A stretch of DNA of 64,000 nucleotides from Myxococcota bacterium (GTDB lineage Bacteria > Myxococcota > Myxococcia > Myxococcales > Myxococcaceae). The stretch is from positions 1-64,000 of the forward strand of contig JBMORE010000053.1 of the NCBI GenBank assembly GCA_049322255.1, written 5' to 3'. The notes under the pieces were generated by a model. It had not been told where the DNA came from. It saw only the letters and a list, made by a program, of their open reading frames with translations, and searched no databases. Shown piece after piece: positions 26,866 through 37,352 of the stretch. Each line of letters opens with the position of its first letter. Within the stretch, counting starts at the first letter, position 1. The position numbers and the translations under genes are program-made.

Positions 26866-28434
26866 ATGGCGCACTCCCTTTCGAGCTTTCTCTTTGACAG
26901 CTGGCAAGCAGGCAAAGGCAAACCTGCGGTTCTGGTCAACCCCTCCACCGAAGAAGTCGTGGCCGACACATCGACCGAAGGGCTCGACTTTGCCCGTGCG
27001 GTGGCCTTCGCCCGTGCCGACGGCGGCAAAGCCTTGCGCTCGCTCACCTTCGCCCAACGTGGTGAGATTTTGAAGAAACTGGCCAAGGCGATCGGTGACG
27101 CCCGCGAGGAATTGATTGCCATCGGGATGGCGAACGCCGGCAACACGCGCTCCGACGCCAAATTCGACATCGACGGTGCCGCGGCGGCGCTGATGTTCTA
27201 CGCCGACCTCGGAACCAAGCTGGGAGAGATGACGGTGCTGGCCGACGGCGAGGGCGTACCCTTGGGGCGCTCGGCGCGGCTGTTTGGGCAGCACATTCTG
27301 GTGCCGCGCGAGGGGGTGGCGGTACACATCAACGCCTTCAATTTCCCTGCATGGGGGATGGCTGAGAAACTGGCGGTGGCCTTGCTCGCCGGCATGCCGG
27401 TCATCAGCAAGCCAGCGACCGCAACGGCGCAGATGGCGCACCGCATCGCTCAACTGTGGGTGGCCTCCGGGGCGCTGCCCGTAGGGACCTTCAGCTTCGT
27501 CTGTGGCGGCGTAGGAGATTTACTTCTCCACCTCCAAGGCCAAGACGTGGTGGCCTTCACCGGCTCGAGCGCGACTGCCGCCGGGCTGCGGCGCCTGGAG
27601 AATCTCGCCGCCCAAAACGTGCACGTGAACATCGAAGCCGACAGCCTCAACTCGGCGATCCTCGGGCCCGACGCGCCGAACGGCTCGGAGACGCTTTCTC
27701 TCTTCCTCACCGACGTGGTGAAAGAGATGACCCAGAAGGCCGGACAGAAGTGCACCGCGGTGCGTCGCATCTACGTGCCCAAAGAGCGGCTGGAAGAAAT
27801 CGGCCGCCTCTTGGCCGAGCGCCTCGCCGACGTGCGCGTAGGTAACCCTGTCGACGACAAGGTAACGATGGGGCCCTTGGCCACCGCCTCCCAGCTCGCG
27901 GAGGTACGCGCTGGCATCGACCGCCTCGCACAGGGAGCCGAGCTCGCCCTCGGCGGCACGAAAGTGGTCGATGGCTTGGGCGCGCCAAAAGGCAAGGGCT
28001 ACTTCGTCGCCCCTACCCTGCTGGTGCGGGCGACGCCCCAGGCGAGCGACCCGGTGAATACGCACGAGGTGTTCGGCCCCGTCGCCACGTTGATGCCGTA
28101 TGCCGACGCGCGGCAGGCAATCGAGCTGGTCGCTGCGGGGGGAGGCGGGCTGGTGTCATCGGTGTACACCGATGACAAGACCTTCGCGCGGGAGGTCGTG
28201 CTCGCCCTCGCGCCTTTCCACGGCCGCATCACCATCGGCGGCGAGAAGCTCGCGGGCCAGAGTGTCCCTCCGGGAGCGGTGATGCCTCAGCTCATCCACG
28301 GCGGCCCCGGGCGCGCCGGCGGCGGCGAAGAGTTGGGCGGCACCCGCGGCATGGGGCTTTACCTACAACGCGTGGCGCTCCAAGGGCACCGCGCGCTCGT
28401 CGAGCTGCTCGCGGGGGGGAAGGCTTCAGCCTAA
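26866..28434 (+). CDS. Aldehyde dehydrogenase, BoxD/PaaZ-N-like (3,4-dehydroadipyl-CoA semialdehyde dehydrogenase-like)
   Basis: [44 protein letters not shown]; no MaoC domain. Confidence 0.88.
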   Translation: MAHSLSSFLFDSWQAGKGKPAVLVNPSTEEVVADTSTEGLDFARAVAFARADGGKALRSLTFAQRGEILKKLAKAIGDAREELIAIGMANAGNTRSDAKFDIDGAAAALMFYADLGTKLGEMTVLADGEGVPLGRSARLFGQHILVPREGVAVHINAFNFPAWGMAEKLAVALLAGMPVISKPATATAQMAHRIAQLWVASGALPVGTFSFVCGGVGDLLLHLQGQDVVAFTGSSATAAGLRRLENLAAQNVHVNIEADSLNSAILGPDAPNGSETLSLFLTDVVKEMTQKAGQKCTAVRRIYVPKERLEEIGRLLAERLADVRVGNPVDDKVTMGPLATASQLAEVRAGIDRLAQGAELALGGTKVVDGLGAPKGKGYFVAPTLLVRATPQASDPVNTHEVFGPVATLMPYADARQAIELVAAGGGGLVSSVYTDDKTFAREVVLALAPFHGRITIGGEKLAGQSVPPGAVMPQLIHGGPGRAGGGEELGGTRGMGLYLQRVALQGHRALVELLAGGKASA

Positions 28435-28441
28435 AGAGCTG

Positions 28442-29059
28442 TCAGCCCCCGTCTCCTGCATCAGCCCCGCCGTCTCTTGCGGGACCGCCGTCGCTGCCAC
28501 CATCGCCATCGCCCGCATCACCCACGATGTCGCCGAGGCAGAACGGTGCCCCGGACCGAGTCCAGCGCGCAACGAGCAGCCGCTCAGGCGTGGTGACCCG
28601 GGGAATGGCGCCCCCGTCGGGGTGCTTGGCGTTGGGTGGAGGCATCGAGTCATCCGACACACGCGCCTGGATGCGCCCGGAGAAACCGGCGGCGCCGGGC
28701 ACGCCTCCGTCGAGAGGCGCGTAGATGTCCAAGCGGAAGGTGGTGGGTGAGCCCGCGTAGCTGGGAGAGGCGTTGTGGCAATTGGAGACACAGCTCCGAT
28801 CGAGAATGGGCTTGAGGTCGTGGCAGTAGTCGACCGGCACTTCTTCGCCCGCGTCGAAGGGGCGCGGCAGACGCAACAGCTCACAGGTACCCGCGGGCCC
28901 GCGCACGCTGGCGCAGACGTACGGCTCGGGGCAATCGGCCGAGGTGTTGCAGCTCTTCCCCTCGAAGCTTCCCACGCCAATGACGCAACCGGCGGCCAGC
29001 CCGGCCAGGGCAGCTGCCAGTGTCCACCAGTCCCTCCTTGATACCGCTGCCTCGGCCAT
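28442..29059 (-). CDS. Lipoprotein with Cys-rich domain and cytochrome c-like domain (CX3CH)
   Basis: Lipobox AAGC; CNTSADC; LKPILDRSCVSNCH, SMPP, W..SGAP; DGG/DAG tail. Confidence 0.7.
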   Translation of the reverse strand: MAEAAVSRRDWWTLAAALAGLAAGCVIGVGSFEGKSCNTSADCPEPYVCASVRGPAGTCELLRLPRPFDAGEEVPVDYCHDLKPILDRSCVSNCHNASPSYAGSPTTFRLDIYAPLDGGVPGAAGFSGRIQARVSDDSMPPPNAKHPDGGAIPRVTTPERLLVARWTRSGAPFCLGDIVGDAGDGDGGSDGGPARDGGADAGDGG

Positions 29060-29066
29060 CCGCTCC

Positions 29067-30011
29067 TCAGTTGTTTTGGGCACCCTGGGCGATCCACGCC
29101 CGCATCATCTCGATTTCGCACGCAGGTAGAGTGACGCCACCGCTCGGCATCTTCGGCCCGCAGGTCGTATCGATGACCTTGCGGTAGAGCGAGCTACCCA
29201 TGGGGTTTCCCGGAGCGACGCGCACCGGCACGGTGGCGAGGCACTGGGGGGCGACCGTGGGACGGTTGATCAGATCTTGGTAGGTGCCGCCGTCACGGTT
29301 GCCGAGGTTGAGCTGCCCGTCGGTTCTGGTCGTATGGCAAGGGGTGCAGAAGCCGTTCCACTTTGGCAAGAGGTCGCGCGAGAGGCTGATCATCCCACCG
29401 TCGAGGCAGGAAGCCCCGGCGTCGACCGTACCGCCGCCACAAAAGCCCAAGTCGGTGCCGCCATCGGCGTAGGGCGCGCCGCCGCCAGCCCACAGGGTGA
29501 GCACCTGCATTTCCTCGGGCGTGGGAGTCGTGCCGCCTGGAGGAGGCATCGGCCCATTCTCGCAGCCCGGCAAGGTCGCCGAGTTGGCGCAATCTACCGT
29601 GCGTAACTTGATGCGCGCCGCCATCGCTTTGGCGCCGTTCTTTCCTGCCACACCGTCGTAGCGGTCGAGCACGAAGTCATCGCGCTGGCTGCCTGACGTA
29701 TCCGTGGTGCTGTGACAATTGGCCAAGCAGCTGCGATCGAGAATCGGCTTCACGTGTGAACAGTAGGTCGGGGGGAAGGCCCCGCCGGTAAGGACAGGCC
29801 GGGGGGGGAAGATGACCTCACAGCTCTTGAAGCCGTCCGCCCGGTAGACGACGCAGGTGTAGAAGCTCTCCACAGTTCCGTCCGCGCGCGTATGCCGGGG
29901 ACAGTCTTCGTCGCTTTCACACGGCTTGCCGGCATAGTCGTCAGTGGCGATGAGACACCCCGCGACGAAGCCCGACAGGAGCGCGGCCACCACTCGGCTG
30001 GACCTGAACAT
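29067..30011 (-). CDS. Lipoprotein with two cytochrome c-like domains (CX3CH + CxxCH)
   Basis: Lipobox VAGC; VKPILDRSCLANCH..PMPP..W.GGGAP and CTPCH..KMP..WIAQGAQNN. Confidence 0.75.
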   Translation of the reverse strand: MFRSSRVVAALLSGFVAGCLIATDDYAGKPCESDEDCPRHTRADGTVESFYTCVVYRADGFKSCEVIFPPRPVLTGGAFPPTYCSHVKPILDRSCLANCHSTTDTSGSQRDDFVLDRYDGVAGKNGAKAMAARIKLRTVDCANSATLPGCENGPMPPPGGTTPTPEEMQVLTLWAGGGAPYADGGTDLGFCGGGTVDAGASCLDGGMISLSRDLLPKWNGFCTPCHTTRTDGQLNLGNRDGGTYQDLINRPTVAPQCLATVPVRVAPGNPMGSSLYRKVIDTTCGPKMPSGGVTLPACEIEMMRAWIAQGAQNN

Positions 30012-30044
30012 CGAATGACCCTCTCGATCCACCCCTTCTAGTCC

Positions 30045-30581
30045 TTAGAAGTGAAAGGTGAGACCCGTCTTTTCCAACGCCGGCTCCGGGACGAGCTCCA
30101 ACACCAGCGCGTAGGCGAAGGTGACCGCGGCAAGCCCGTAGAAGAGGTTGGCAGTGGCCGCCGATTGGCGGGCGCCGTTGAGCGTCTGCTGCGCCTGGCG
30201 AGCGCTGGCAATGGTCTCCGCCCGACGGGCCTCACCCTGGGCCGAGTAAGCGAACGCCAGCCCGCCGAGCAAGAGAACCCCGCCGCCGATGAAAGCGTAG
30301 CGGTGGCGCTTTCGGCCCACCTCCAGCTCGGGCAGCTTGAACGGAAGCGCGATCGCCCGGGGCGCGTCGGAGTCTTCCCCCTCCTCTTCCTCTTCCTTAC
30401 CGGCGTCTTCCTCCGTGGGCTTCTTGCGCTCCGCCTCGGTCCCTGGGCGCCGGGAGCGCCGTTCCATGGCGGCTTCCTCCGCGGCTGCGGCATCATCGTC
30501 TTCATCGGCGTGGGCGGCTCTCGGCCACGTCAGATTCACCACCAGCAGTGCAGCAGTCAGCCGCCCAAGGAGCGTTGCCAT
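30045..30581 (-). CDS. Hypothetical exported/membrane protein
   Basis: Signal peptide (AHA), acidic linker, two hydrophobic segments, C-terminal LTFHF. Confidence 0.65.
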   Translation of the reverse strand: MATLLGRLTAALLVVNLTWPRAAHADEDDDAAAAEEAAMERRSRRPGTEAERKKPTEEDAGKEEEEEGEDSDAPRAIALPFKLPELEVGRKRHRYAFIGGGVLLLGGLAFAYSAQGEARRAETIASARQAQQTLNGARQSAATANLFYGLAAVTFAYALVLELVPEPALEKTGLTFHF

Positions 30582-30672
30582 GACGTCCCCCACTATACCC
30601 AGCCGTCCGGACGGCGAGTGATTCGTGGCCGTCTTCCTTAAAAGAGGGATGCCCACCGGCCTACTTGACGCG

Positions 30673-30701
30673 TTGACAGGCCGCCGCTTGGCCGGTAACG
30701 G
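30673..30701 (+). promoter_or_regulatory. Putative sigma70 promoter for thiS-thiG-thiE
   Basis: TTGACA-N17-TAACGG immediately before the thiS start. Confidence 0.4.
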
Positions 30702-30704
30702 TCC

Positions 30705-30911
30705 ATGGCCGTGAAGCTGACGGTCAATGGTCAGGTCCGAGAGGTCCCCGAAGGCACGACGCTGGCGGGGCTACTGGGCGAGCTAAAGGTAGAGGCGGAG
30801 CGGGTAGCGGTGGAGGTGAACGCCGAGCTCGTGCGCCGCGCCCGTCACGCCGAACGCCATCTGGCAGAGGGCGACGAGGTCGAAATCGTCACCTTCGTTG
30901 GCGGAGGCTAG
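30705..30911 (+). CDS. thiS: Sulfur carrier ThiS
   Basis: VNG...VAVEVN...[13 protein letters not shown]. Confidence 0.96.
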   Translation: MAVKLTVNGQVREVPEGTTLAGLLGELKVEAERVAVEVNAELVRRARHAERHLAEGDEVEIVTFVGGG

Positions 30912-30923
30912 AGAGGAGCATTC

Positions 30924-31709
30924 ATGGTGCTGCCCCAAGACAAACCGCTGACCATCGCAGGAAAATCGTTTCGGTCGCGCCTCATCGTGGGCACGGGAAA
31001 GTACCCCAGCTTCGAGGTGATGAAGCTCTGCCACGAGGCCAGCGGCGCCGAGTTGGTGACGGTGGCGGTGCGCCGGCTTGACCTTTCGGCCATGGGCGAG
31101 GCAGCTCTGCTGCATTGGATCGACACCTCGAAGACGGCGCTCCTGCCCAACACCGCCGGCTGCTACACGGCCGACGACGCCATACGCACCTGCCGTTTGG
31201 CGGAGGAGCTCGGCATGAGCAAGTGGGTCAAGCTCGAGGTGCTCGGAGACGAGCAGACCCTGTTCCCTGACGTGGAAGAAACGGTGAAGGCGGCCAAGGT
31301 GCTGGTGAAAGAGGGCTTCACCGTATTGCCTTACACCAGCGACGATCCGATCACCGCGCGCAAGTTGGAGGACGCCGGCTGTGCGGCGGTGATGCCCTTG
31401 GCGGCGCCCATCGGTTCGGGTCTGGGCATTCGCAACCCGCACAACCTGCGCCTCATCTTGGAGAAGGCGAAGGTGCCGGTGATCGTCGACGCCGGCGTGG
31501 GCACCGCCTCGGATGCCGCGATCGCGATGGAGCTGGGCTGCGACGCGATTTTGATGAACACCGCCATCGCTGGCGCGCGCGAGCCTGTGCGTATGGCGGC
31601 GGCGATGAAGCAGGCCGTCGAGGCGGGGCGTGAGGCGTACCTCGCCGGGCGGATTCCCAAGAAGCTCTACGGCTCCGCCTCCAGCCCAATCGAGGGGCTC
31701 ATCGCGTGA
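30924..31709 (+). CDS. thiG: Thiazole synthase
   Basis: [41 protein letters not shown]. Confidence 0.97.
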   Translation: MVLPQDKPLTIAGKSFRSRLIVGTGKYPSFEVMKLCHEASGAELVTVAVRRLDLSAMGEAALLHWIDTSKTALLPNTAGCYTADDAIRTCRLAEELGMSKWVKLEVLGDEQTLFPDVEETVKAAKVLVKEGFTVLPYTSDDPITARKLEDAGCAAVMPLAAPIGSGLGIRNPHNLRLILEKAKVPVIVDAGVGTASDAAIAMELGCDAILMNTAIAGAREPVRMAAAMKQAVEAGREAYLAGRIPKKLYGSASSPIEGLIA

Positions 31710-32323
31710 GGGCCGCGAGCCTTCCCCGGCTCGTGGTCATCACCGATTGGTCGCTCGGCCGCGAGGTGCTTTTGGCGAGACTGGAGGCAGTGCTCGAGGC
31801 CAGCCCTGCGGTCGCGGTGCAGCACCGGCATCCTGGCGCCACTGCACGCGCGCTGTTCGAGGAGGCGCGGGTGCTCCAGGCCCTCACCCAGCGGCGAGGA
31901 AACGCGCTCTTCATCAACGGTCGCCTCGACATCGCCCTGCTCGTGGGAGCGCACCTGCACCTGCCAGCGGATGGACCGTCCCCCGCCGAGGCGCGAGCGC
32001 ACCTGGGCGAACGATGGCTGAGCGCGGCGGTCCACGACGAGGCCGAAGCGCAGGCGACGAAGGGAGCGGATTTCGCGCTGGTGAGCCCGGTCTTTTCGCC
32101 CGGGTCGAAGCCCGGCGATACCCGCTCAACGCTAGGTGTAGAGGGCTTTCTCAAATTGCGAGCGCGCTTGGAGTGTCCGGCCTACGCGCTGGGGGGAATA
32201 GACGCGACGAACGTCTTTGGGGGCGCGGATGGAGCAGCGGCGATTTCGGGCATCCTCTCGGCGTCAGACCCCGCGGCGGCCGCGCGAGCCATTCTGGCAA
32301 AGCTTTCCCCTCCCCCGCCTTAG
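31706..32323 (+). CDS. thiE: Thiamine-phosphate synthase / TenI family
   Basis: [32 protein letters not shown]. Confidence 0.75.
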   Translation: MRAASLPRLVVITDWSLGREVLLARLEAVLEASPAVAVQHRHPGATARALFEEARVLQALTQRRGNALFINGRLDIALLVGAHLHLPADGPSPAEARAHLGERWLSAAVHDEAEAQATKGADFALVSPVFSPGSKPGDTRSTLGVEGFLKLRARLECPAYALGGIDATNVFGGADGAAAISGILSASDPAAAARAILAKLSPPPP

Positions 32324-32344
32324 CTTCCAGCTACAGTTTTCCTC

Positions 32345-33352
32345 GTGACCGAGCTGCGGCCGATGTCGATGGGGGAGCTGATCGACCGTTCGGCGACCTT
32401 TTGGCGGCGCCACTTCGGCGTCCTCTTGCGGCTCTACCTGGGCTTTCAGCTCGTCCAGTACGTGGTGACCAAGCTGTACGTGTTTGCGATGGCGCGGTGG
32501 TTTCCCATCTTGCGAGGCGGCGTCCAAGCCATGCAGGTGACCCACAGCGCTCCCGAGGAGGCGCTGCGCCAAGTCTTCCTGGGTTTCGCCTCGGGCGGCG
32601 GCACGATGCTGGTTTACTTCCTGATAACCTGGTTCACCGCGGTGGCCGGCACGCGCTACGCCGCCCGCGCTTACCTGGGCACACCCATCACGCTCGGCGA
32701 GGCCACGCGGGCCATGTGGCGCCGCGCAGGGACCATCGTCGGTGCCTTCGGGCTATCGCTCCTGTGGCTACTGGGCGTGACACTGCTTCTGATGATCCCC
32801 GGCGCAGGCCTCACTTTGGCGGCGGCCAGCAGGGCCGACTCGAACCCGGGGGCAGTGGTACTCGCAGGAATGGGCGTCGCCCTGCTGATGCTCGGCGTCG
32901 TCACCGCGCTCTTGTGGTACCTCCTACGCTTCTTTCTCACCGCTCAGGTCATCGCCATGGAGGACCCGGGAGCCGTCTTCGCGGTTCGGCGCTCCGGCGC
33001 GCTCGTCTCCGGCCGCATCGGGCCGCGCGTGACCGACTGGGTGAAGATTCGCGCCACCATCCTCGTCACCGTGGTTGCGCTCATTCTCACCGCAGTGGGC
33101 TTCGTCGCCGGACTGCCGGCGCTCCTTCTCAACGTTGTTTACGGGAGAATCTTCGATCCGGTGAACGCCGACCCCGACGCCGTTCCCCAGGCCCTGCTGG
33201 TGCCCGCAGAGCTGCTTCAAGTCCTGGCCGCATCGGCAATCGGCCCGCTGTACGTGGTTTTCGGAGTGCTCTTCTATTTGGACATGCGCGCGCGGCGCGA
33301 AGGGTTGGACCTCGAGCTACGCCTCGATGCCTTGCGCAGGAAGGCCACATGA
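32345..33352 (+). CDS. Integral membrane protein (GDPD-membrane-domain-like)
   Basis: LRPMSMGELID, AVRRSGALV, FYLDMRARREGLDLE motifs. Confidence 0.8.
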   Translation: MTELRPMSMGELIDRSATFWRRHFGVLLRLYLGFQLVQYVVTKLYVFAMARWFPILRGGVQAMQVTHSAPEEALRQVFLGFASGGGTMLVYFLITWFTAVAGTRYAARAYLGTPITLGEATRAMWRRAGTIVGAFGLSLLWLLGVTLLLMIPGAGLTLAAASRADSNPGAVVLAGMGVALLMLGVVTALLWYLLRFFLTAQVIAMEDPGAVFAVRRSGALVSGRIGPRVTDWVKIRATILVTVVALILTAVGFVAGLPALLLNVVYGRIFDPVNADPDAVPQALLVPAELLQVLAASAIGPLYVVFGVLFYLDMRARREGLDLELRLDALRRKAT

Positions 33353-34218
33353 GCGCGCTGGTGGCGTGGTTCATGGTGCTGAGCACACCCCCTCCTTCGT
33401 GTGAAGCTCCCGCCCAGCGTGCCGCGTCGTGGAGCACCCTGGCCACCGGTAACCGCGAGGAGCTCGTCGCGTCGATTTCGGCCGCAGAAGAGGAAGTCGG
33501 CCCGGTGCTGCTCCTCGAGGACGAAAGCGCGCTACCCCTTCCGAAGCTGGCCGACGTCGCCGGCCGCCGCCTTCTCCATGCCTGCGCGCTGTTGGCAGCG
33601 CCTTCGGAGCCAGCGATCGAGCCCGCGCGCCAGCGCCTCTCCCAGATACTCGACCGCCCTGAATTCGCCCGTGCCCGCATGCGCAACACGAACGTTCTTC
33701 AACGGATGTTTTTGTGGCTCCAGAGCTGGCTGAGCAAGCTCTTCGAAACTCAGGGGGCGGCAACATTCTCCAATTGGGCGCGCGCCGCCGTGCTGGGAGC
33801 TGCCTTCGCCGCCGTCGGCGTGGCCGGATTCCGGTTGGCGCGTACGCGGAGGCGAAGGAAAGAGCCCTCGATGTCGCCCGCCTTGGGCGAGCGCTTGCCG
33901 TTGGAAAACCCTGTCACCCACCTTTCGAACGCGCGCCGCCTGCTCGAGCCTGACCCTCGTGAGGCGATTCGTGAAGGACTCTTCGCCCTCCTTTCCTCGC
34001 TGGAGCGTCGGAGGCTGGCTCGCCCGGACCGGGTGAAGACCAACCGGGAGCTCGCCTCCGAGTTGCCCACGAGGGGAGCCCCGCCCGAGCTGACCGAGGC
34101 GGTAGGCGGATTGGTGGGCTGGTACGACCGCGCCTTCTACTCCCTGGAGCCGGTCGTCCCCCTCGAGGCACGGCACTTCGTGGAAGAGGTCGAGCAGCTC
34201 ATCGGAGTCACACCATGA
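33349..34218 (+). CDS. DUF4129-like membrane protein
   Basis: ILDRPEF, TM helix, REAIR..L..L, KTNREL, YDRAFY. Confidence 0.75.
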   Translation: MSALVAWFMVLSTPPPSCEAPAQRAASWSTLATGNREELVASISAAEEEVGPVLLLEDESALPLPKLADVAGRRLLHACALLAAPSEPAIEPARQRLSQILDRPEFARARMRNTNVLQRMFLWLQSWLSKLFETQGAATFSNWARAAVLGAAFAAVGVAGFRLARTRRRRKEPSMSPALGERLPLENPVTHLSNARRLLEPDPREAIREGLFALLSSLERRRLARPDRVKTNRELASELPTRGAPPELTEAVGGLVGWYDRAFYSLEPVVPLEARHFVEEVEQLIGVTP

Positions 34219-35381
34219 GCTCCTGGCGCGTCTGGGGGATCTACGCAGCGTTGCTCGCCTTTGCCGCTGCCACGGGAGTCGCCACTCGCGCCACGAGCAC
34301 CGCCGACTCGTCGCTGCCCTCGGTGGAGAACGCGGGGCCGGCGGGGCTCAAGGCGCTCTTTCTCTATCTCGCCGAAGGTGGGCACCCGGTGCGAGCGCAC
34401 CGGGCCAGGCTCACCGAGCTGCCCAGCGACACGGCCGCGCTCGTCCTTGCCGCGCCCACTGGCCGGGTGGTGGAGCGCGAGGAGGCCGAGGCGACGGCCA
34501 AGTTCGTCGAGGCCGGTGGGACGCTCGTCTACCTCGCGCCTCGCTCGCCGAGCCGGCCACAGCCTTGGCTGGAGGACTGGCTCCAACTCTCGCTGGCGGG
34601 TCTCCTTCTTCCCGACAGGCAGGGGGGAGCCGACGATGTGAGTGGTGCGACGGTGAAGGTGGACGCCGCCGTGGGGCTGGCACGGGGGACGAAGGAGCTC
34701 CGGGTCGGAGCCGGACAGCTGATGGACGTGGGCCACGCCAACGCGCTGCCTGTGGCCCAGCGCGCGCTGTGGCGAATCGGCCTCGGGAAGGGAGAGGTGT
34801 GGGTCGCCAGCGGTCCGGATCTGGCAGAGAACCGCCGATTGGAGCTCGCCGACAACTTGCGCTTGTGGGAAAACCTTGCCGCCCGCGGGCCGGTGCTCTT
34901 CGACGAATTTCACCACGTCGCCGCCCCAGGCCCGCCGCTGTCTCCGGCGCTTTTGGCCTTCGCGCTCCAATTTCTCGCCTGCGCCGCGGTGTTTGCCTGG
35001 GCCAAAGGGGCTCGTTTGGGCCCCGCCCGGCCACCGCTTGTCAGGCGGCACCGGACCAGCCTGGAGTACATCGTTTCCTTCGCCCACCTGACACGCCAAG
35101 CACGGGTAGAGCGTGAGCTTCTCGCCGAGCAGCTCGCCCAACTTCGCGTGCTCTTGCAGGAAAGACTGGGAATCGCGGTGTCGCTCTCCGACCGTGATGC
35201 GGCGCTGGAGCTGGAACGCCACTGTCAGCTTCCCGCGCCCAACATCGAATCGCTGTTTGGACGCGCACGTGCGGCGGCTCCGGGTCTGTCTGCCCACGCC
35301 TACTCGGCGCTTTCGCGCGAGCTGGCCCGCCTCGAGCGAGTGGTGACCGGCCGCACCCGGGAATCAAGCCGTGCTCCATGA
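34215..35381 (+). CDS. DUF4350-like protein
   Basis: GPAGLKALFLYL, FVEAGGTLV, GKGEVWV, LFDEFHH, RLGP, LEYI. Confidence 0.8.
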   Translation: MSSWRVWGIYAALLAFAAATGVATRATSTADSSLPSVENAGPAGLKALFLYLAEGGHPVRAHRARLTELPSDTAALVLAAPTGRVVEREEAEATAKFVEAGGTLVYLAPRSPSRPQPWLEDWLQLSLAGLLLPDRQGGADDVSGATVKVDAAVGLARGTKELRVGAGQLMDVGHANALPVAQRALWRIGLGKGEVWVASGPDLAENRRLELADNLRLWENLAARGPVLFDEFHHVAAPGPPLSPALLAFALQFLACAAVFAWAKGARLGPARPPLVRRHRTSLEYIVSFAHLTRQARVERELLAEQLAQLRVLLQERLGIAVSLSDRDAALELERHCQLPAPNIESLFGRARAAAPGLSAHAYSALSRELARLERVVTGRTRESSRAP

Positions 35382-36189
35382 GCTGCCTGACTACCGCGAT
35401 CTCGACTCGAGTGGCGAGGCGCGCGCCGCGGCGGCCCGTATGGACGCTCGCGCCCGCGAGAGGGCCTCCCACGAGCTCTTCGAGGTTTTGGTTCGACCGC
35501 TGCTTTCGCCTCCACCGCGGCGCGTGCTGGAGGTGGGCTGTGGCACCGCTGCGCTCGCCCGGCGCATCGCCCGCGCAGCGCCCGCCGCCGAGGTGCTGGC
35601 CTCGGACAAGAGCGAGGGCATGCTGACGGCGGCGAAGCGCCACCTGGAAGCAGAAAGTGCCCGCATCGTCCTTGCGCGCTGGGACGTCCTCGACGAGCCC
35701 GCATTCCCCTTCGGAGACGAGCCGTTCAATCTCATCGTCTCCTCGGTGATGGTGCCGTACCTCGACGATGCGCATACGTACGAGCTCGTTCCCCGTCTCG
35801 CCGCGCGGCTGCCACCTGGCGGAGTGCTCGCCTTCATCGAGCAAGACCTCGCCAGCGCCTCGCTCCACCACCCATCGAAAGAGCTGGTGCGGCGGGTGAT
35901 GGGCTCGGGAGGGGTCGACTCCAAGCAAACACTCGCCCTCGGGCTTCGGCCGGTGCTGCGCGCCGCCGGATTGACGCTCCTGCCATGTGCTTCGTTCTTG
36001 TGGGTCGACGATGCCTACGGCGCGTACTGCCGCGACCTCTTCCAGCGCTTCGCCGACGCGGCCTTCGAGGCCGAGCGCATCAGTGCGGAGGAACGCCACA
36101 CCTTCCTTTCCACGCTGGAGGCGCTCGCGGCCGACCAGGAGTTTTACTACGGAATCGTTTATCACCGGGTAGCGGGCCGCAAGGCGTGA
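35371..36189 (+). CDS. Class I SAM-dependent methyltransferase
   Basis: VLEVGCGT, DKSEGML, LPPGG. Confidence 0.85.
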   Translation: MLHELPDYRDLDSSGEARAAAARMDARARERASHELFEVLVRPLLSPPPRRVLEVGCGTAALARRIARAAPAAEVLASDKSEGMLTAAKRHLEAESARIVLARWDVLDEPAFPFGDEPFNLIVSSVMVPYLDDAHTYELVPRLAARLPPGGVLAFIEQDLASASLHHPSKELVRRVMGSGGVDSKQTLALGLRPVLRAAGLTLLPCASFLWVDDAYGAYCRDLFQRFADAAFEAERISAEERHTFLSTLEALAADQEFYYGIVYHRVAGRKA

Positions 36190-37352
36190 AGGCGGCAGCG
36201 CGTCTCCACTGCCTGGCGAATCTCCTCCACGCGCGCCTCCCAGCTTTCGTGGAGCACCTTCTGCGCCCGTGCGCGCAAAGGACCGCTTCCCTCCTCCAGG
36301 CACTCGGCGACCTTGCCGGGGAAGTCCGCGCCAGAGCGCGCGATGCGGCACAGCCCCAGCCGCTCGACCTCGGGGATGGATGAGGACACCACCGGTAGCC
36401 CGGCGGCGAGGTACTCGCGCACCTTGAGCGGGTTGGCGTTGAGGGTGAGCTCGTTGATGCGAAACGGCATCAAGGCAACGTCGAAGCCCTTGCAGTAGCC
36501 GGGGAGCGAAGCGTAACTGCGCCTCCCGAGGATGCGCACGTTGCCAAGCCGCGCCAGGCCCGTCACATCGACGTTGGGCGCCACCTTGCCCACGAGCGCC
36601 ACGCTCCCGTTGGGATAGGCGCGGGCGCAGGCGGCGATGGCGTCGAGATCGACCCAGTCGGCGATGAGCCCGAAAAAGCCGAGCACCGGCCGAGGCAGAT
36701 CCGCGATGTCTGCCGGGACGGGGGTCGTCTCGTCGCAGGCGGTGACGAAGTGCTGAAAGTCGACCCCGTGGCGCACCAGCACCGTATTTCTGTGCAGGCG
36801 CGTCTTGCTCTCGAACAGGCGCTCGGCCGAGGTGATGCACAGGTCGGCCTTCGCCAATAGCTGGCGCTCGAGCTCGGCGATGTGCCGCCCGTTGGCGTCG
36901 GAGAACGCCGAGAACTCATCCACGCAGTGGTAGACGACCAGGTCTTCTCCCAGGGTGCCCGACACGGGCGCCGAGGCAGGGAGAAAAGACCAGGAGATCG
37001 GTCGCCGAAAGCCGAGCTTTCGCATCGCCGATCGCACCTGCATACGTAAGAGGTACCCGTTTGCCGCTCGCACCAGATGGGCGCCGTAGAAAGGAAGCGC
37101 CAGCGGCGCGAGCACGAAGAGGTTTGGCTCCACCTCGCGCACACCGGCGGCGAAGGTGCGCAGCCTACGCAAGATGCGCGAGACGTCGTGCGCGTTGGCC
37201 CGGGGAGCGCGGTTACCCACGCTGTTCACCCAGAGGATGCGGTTGTCCCGGGAGAGGATGCGCATGATGTGGACCTTGGAGAGCGGGTCACCGTCCCAGT
37301 CGTTGGAGAAGACGACGAGGTCTCGACCCGAAAGGGCATGGGAAGCATTCAT
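36162..37352 (-). CDS. exoP: GT4-type glycosyltransferase, ExoP-like
   Basis: VYHCVDEF, HGVDF, NPLKVREYLAAGLPVV; last gene of the exoL cluster. Confidence 0.8.
   Translation of the reverse strand: MNASHALSGRDLVVFSNDWDGDPLSKVHIMRILSRDNRILWVNSVGNRAPRANAHDVSRILRRLRTFAAGVREVEPNLFVLAPLALPFYGAHLVRAANGYLLRMQVRSAMRKLGFRRPISWSFLPASAPVSGTLGEDLVVYHCVDEFSAFSDANGRHIAELERQLLAKADLCITSAERLFESKTRLHRNTVLVRHGVDFQHFVTACDETTPVPADIADLPRPVLGFFGLIADWVDLDAIAACARAYPNGSVALVGKVAPNVDVTGLARLGNVRILGRRSYASLPGYCKGFDVALMPFRINELTLNANPLKVREYLAAGLPVVSSSIPEVERLGLCRIARSGADFPGKVAECLEEGSGPLRARAQKVLHESWEARVEEIRQAVETRCRLHALRPATR

Noticed and set aside
31630..33348. N-terminal part of the 862-aa ORF
   Set aside because: Off-frame overlap with thiE and the membrane gene; the real gene starts at 33349.
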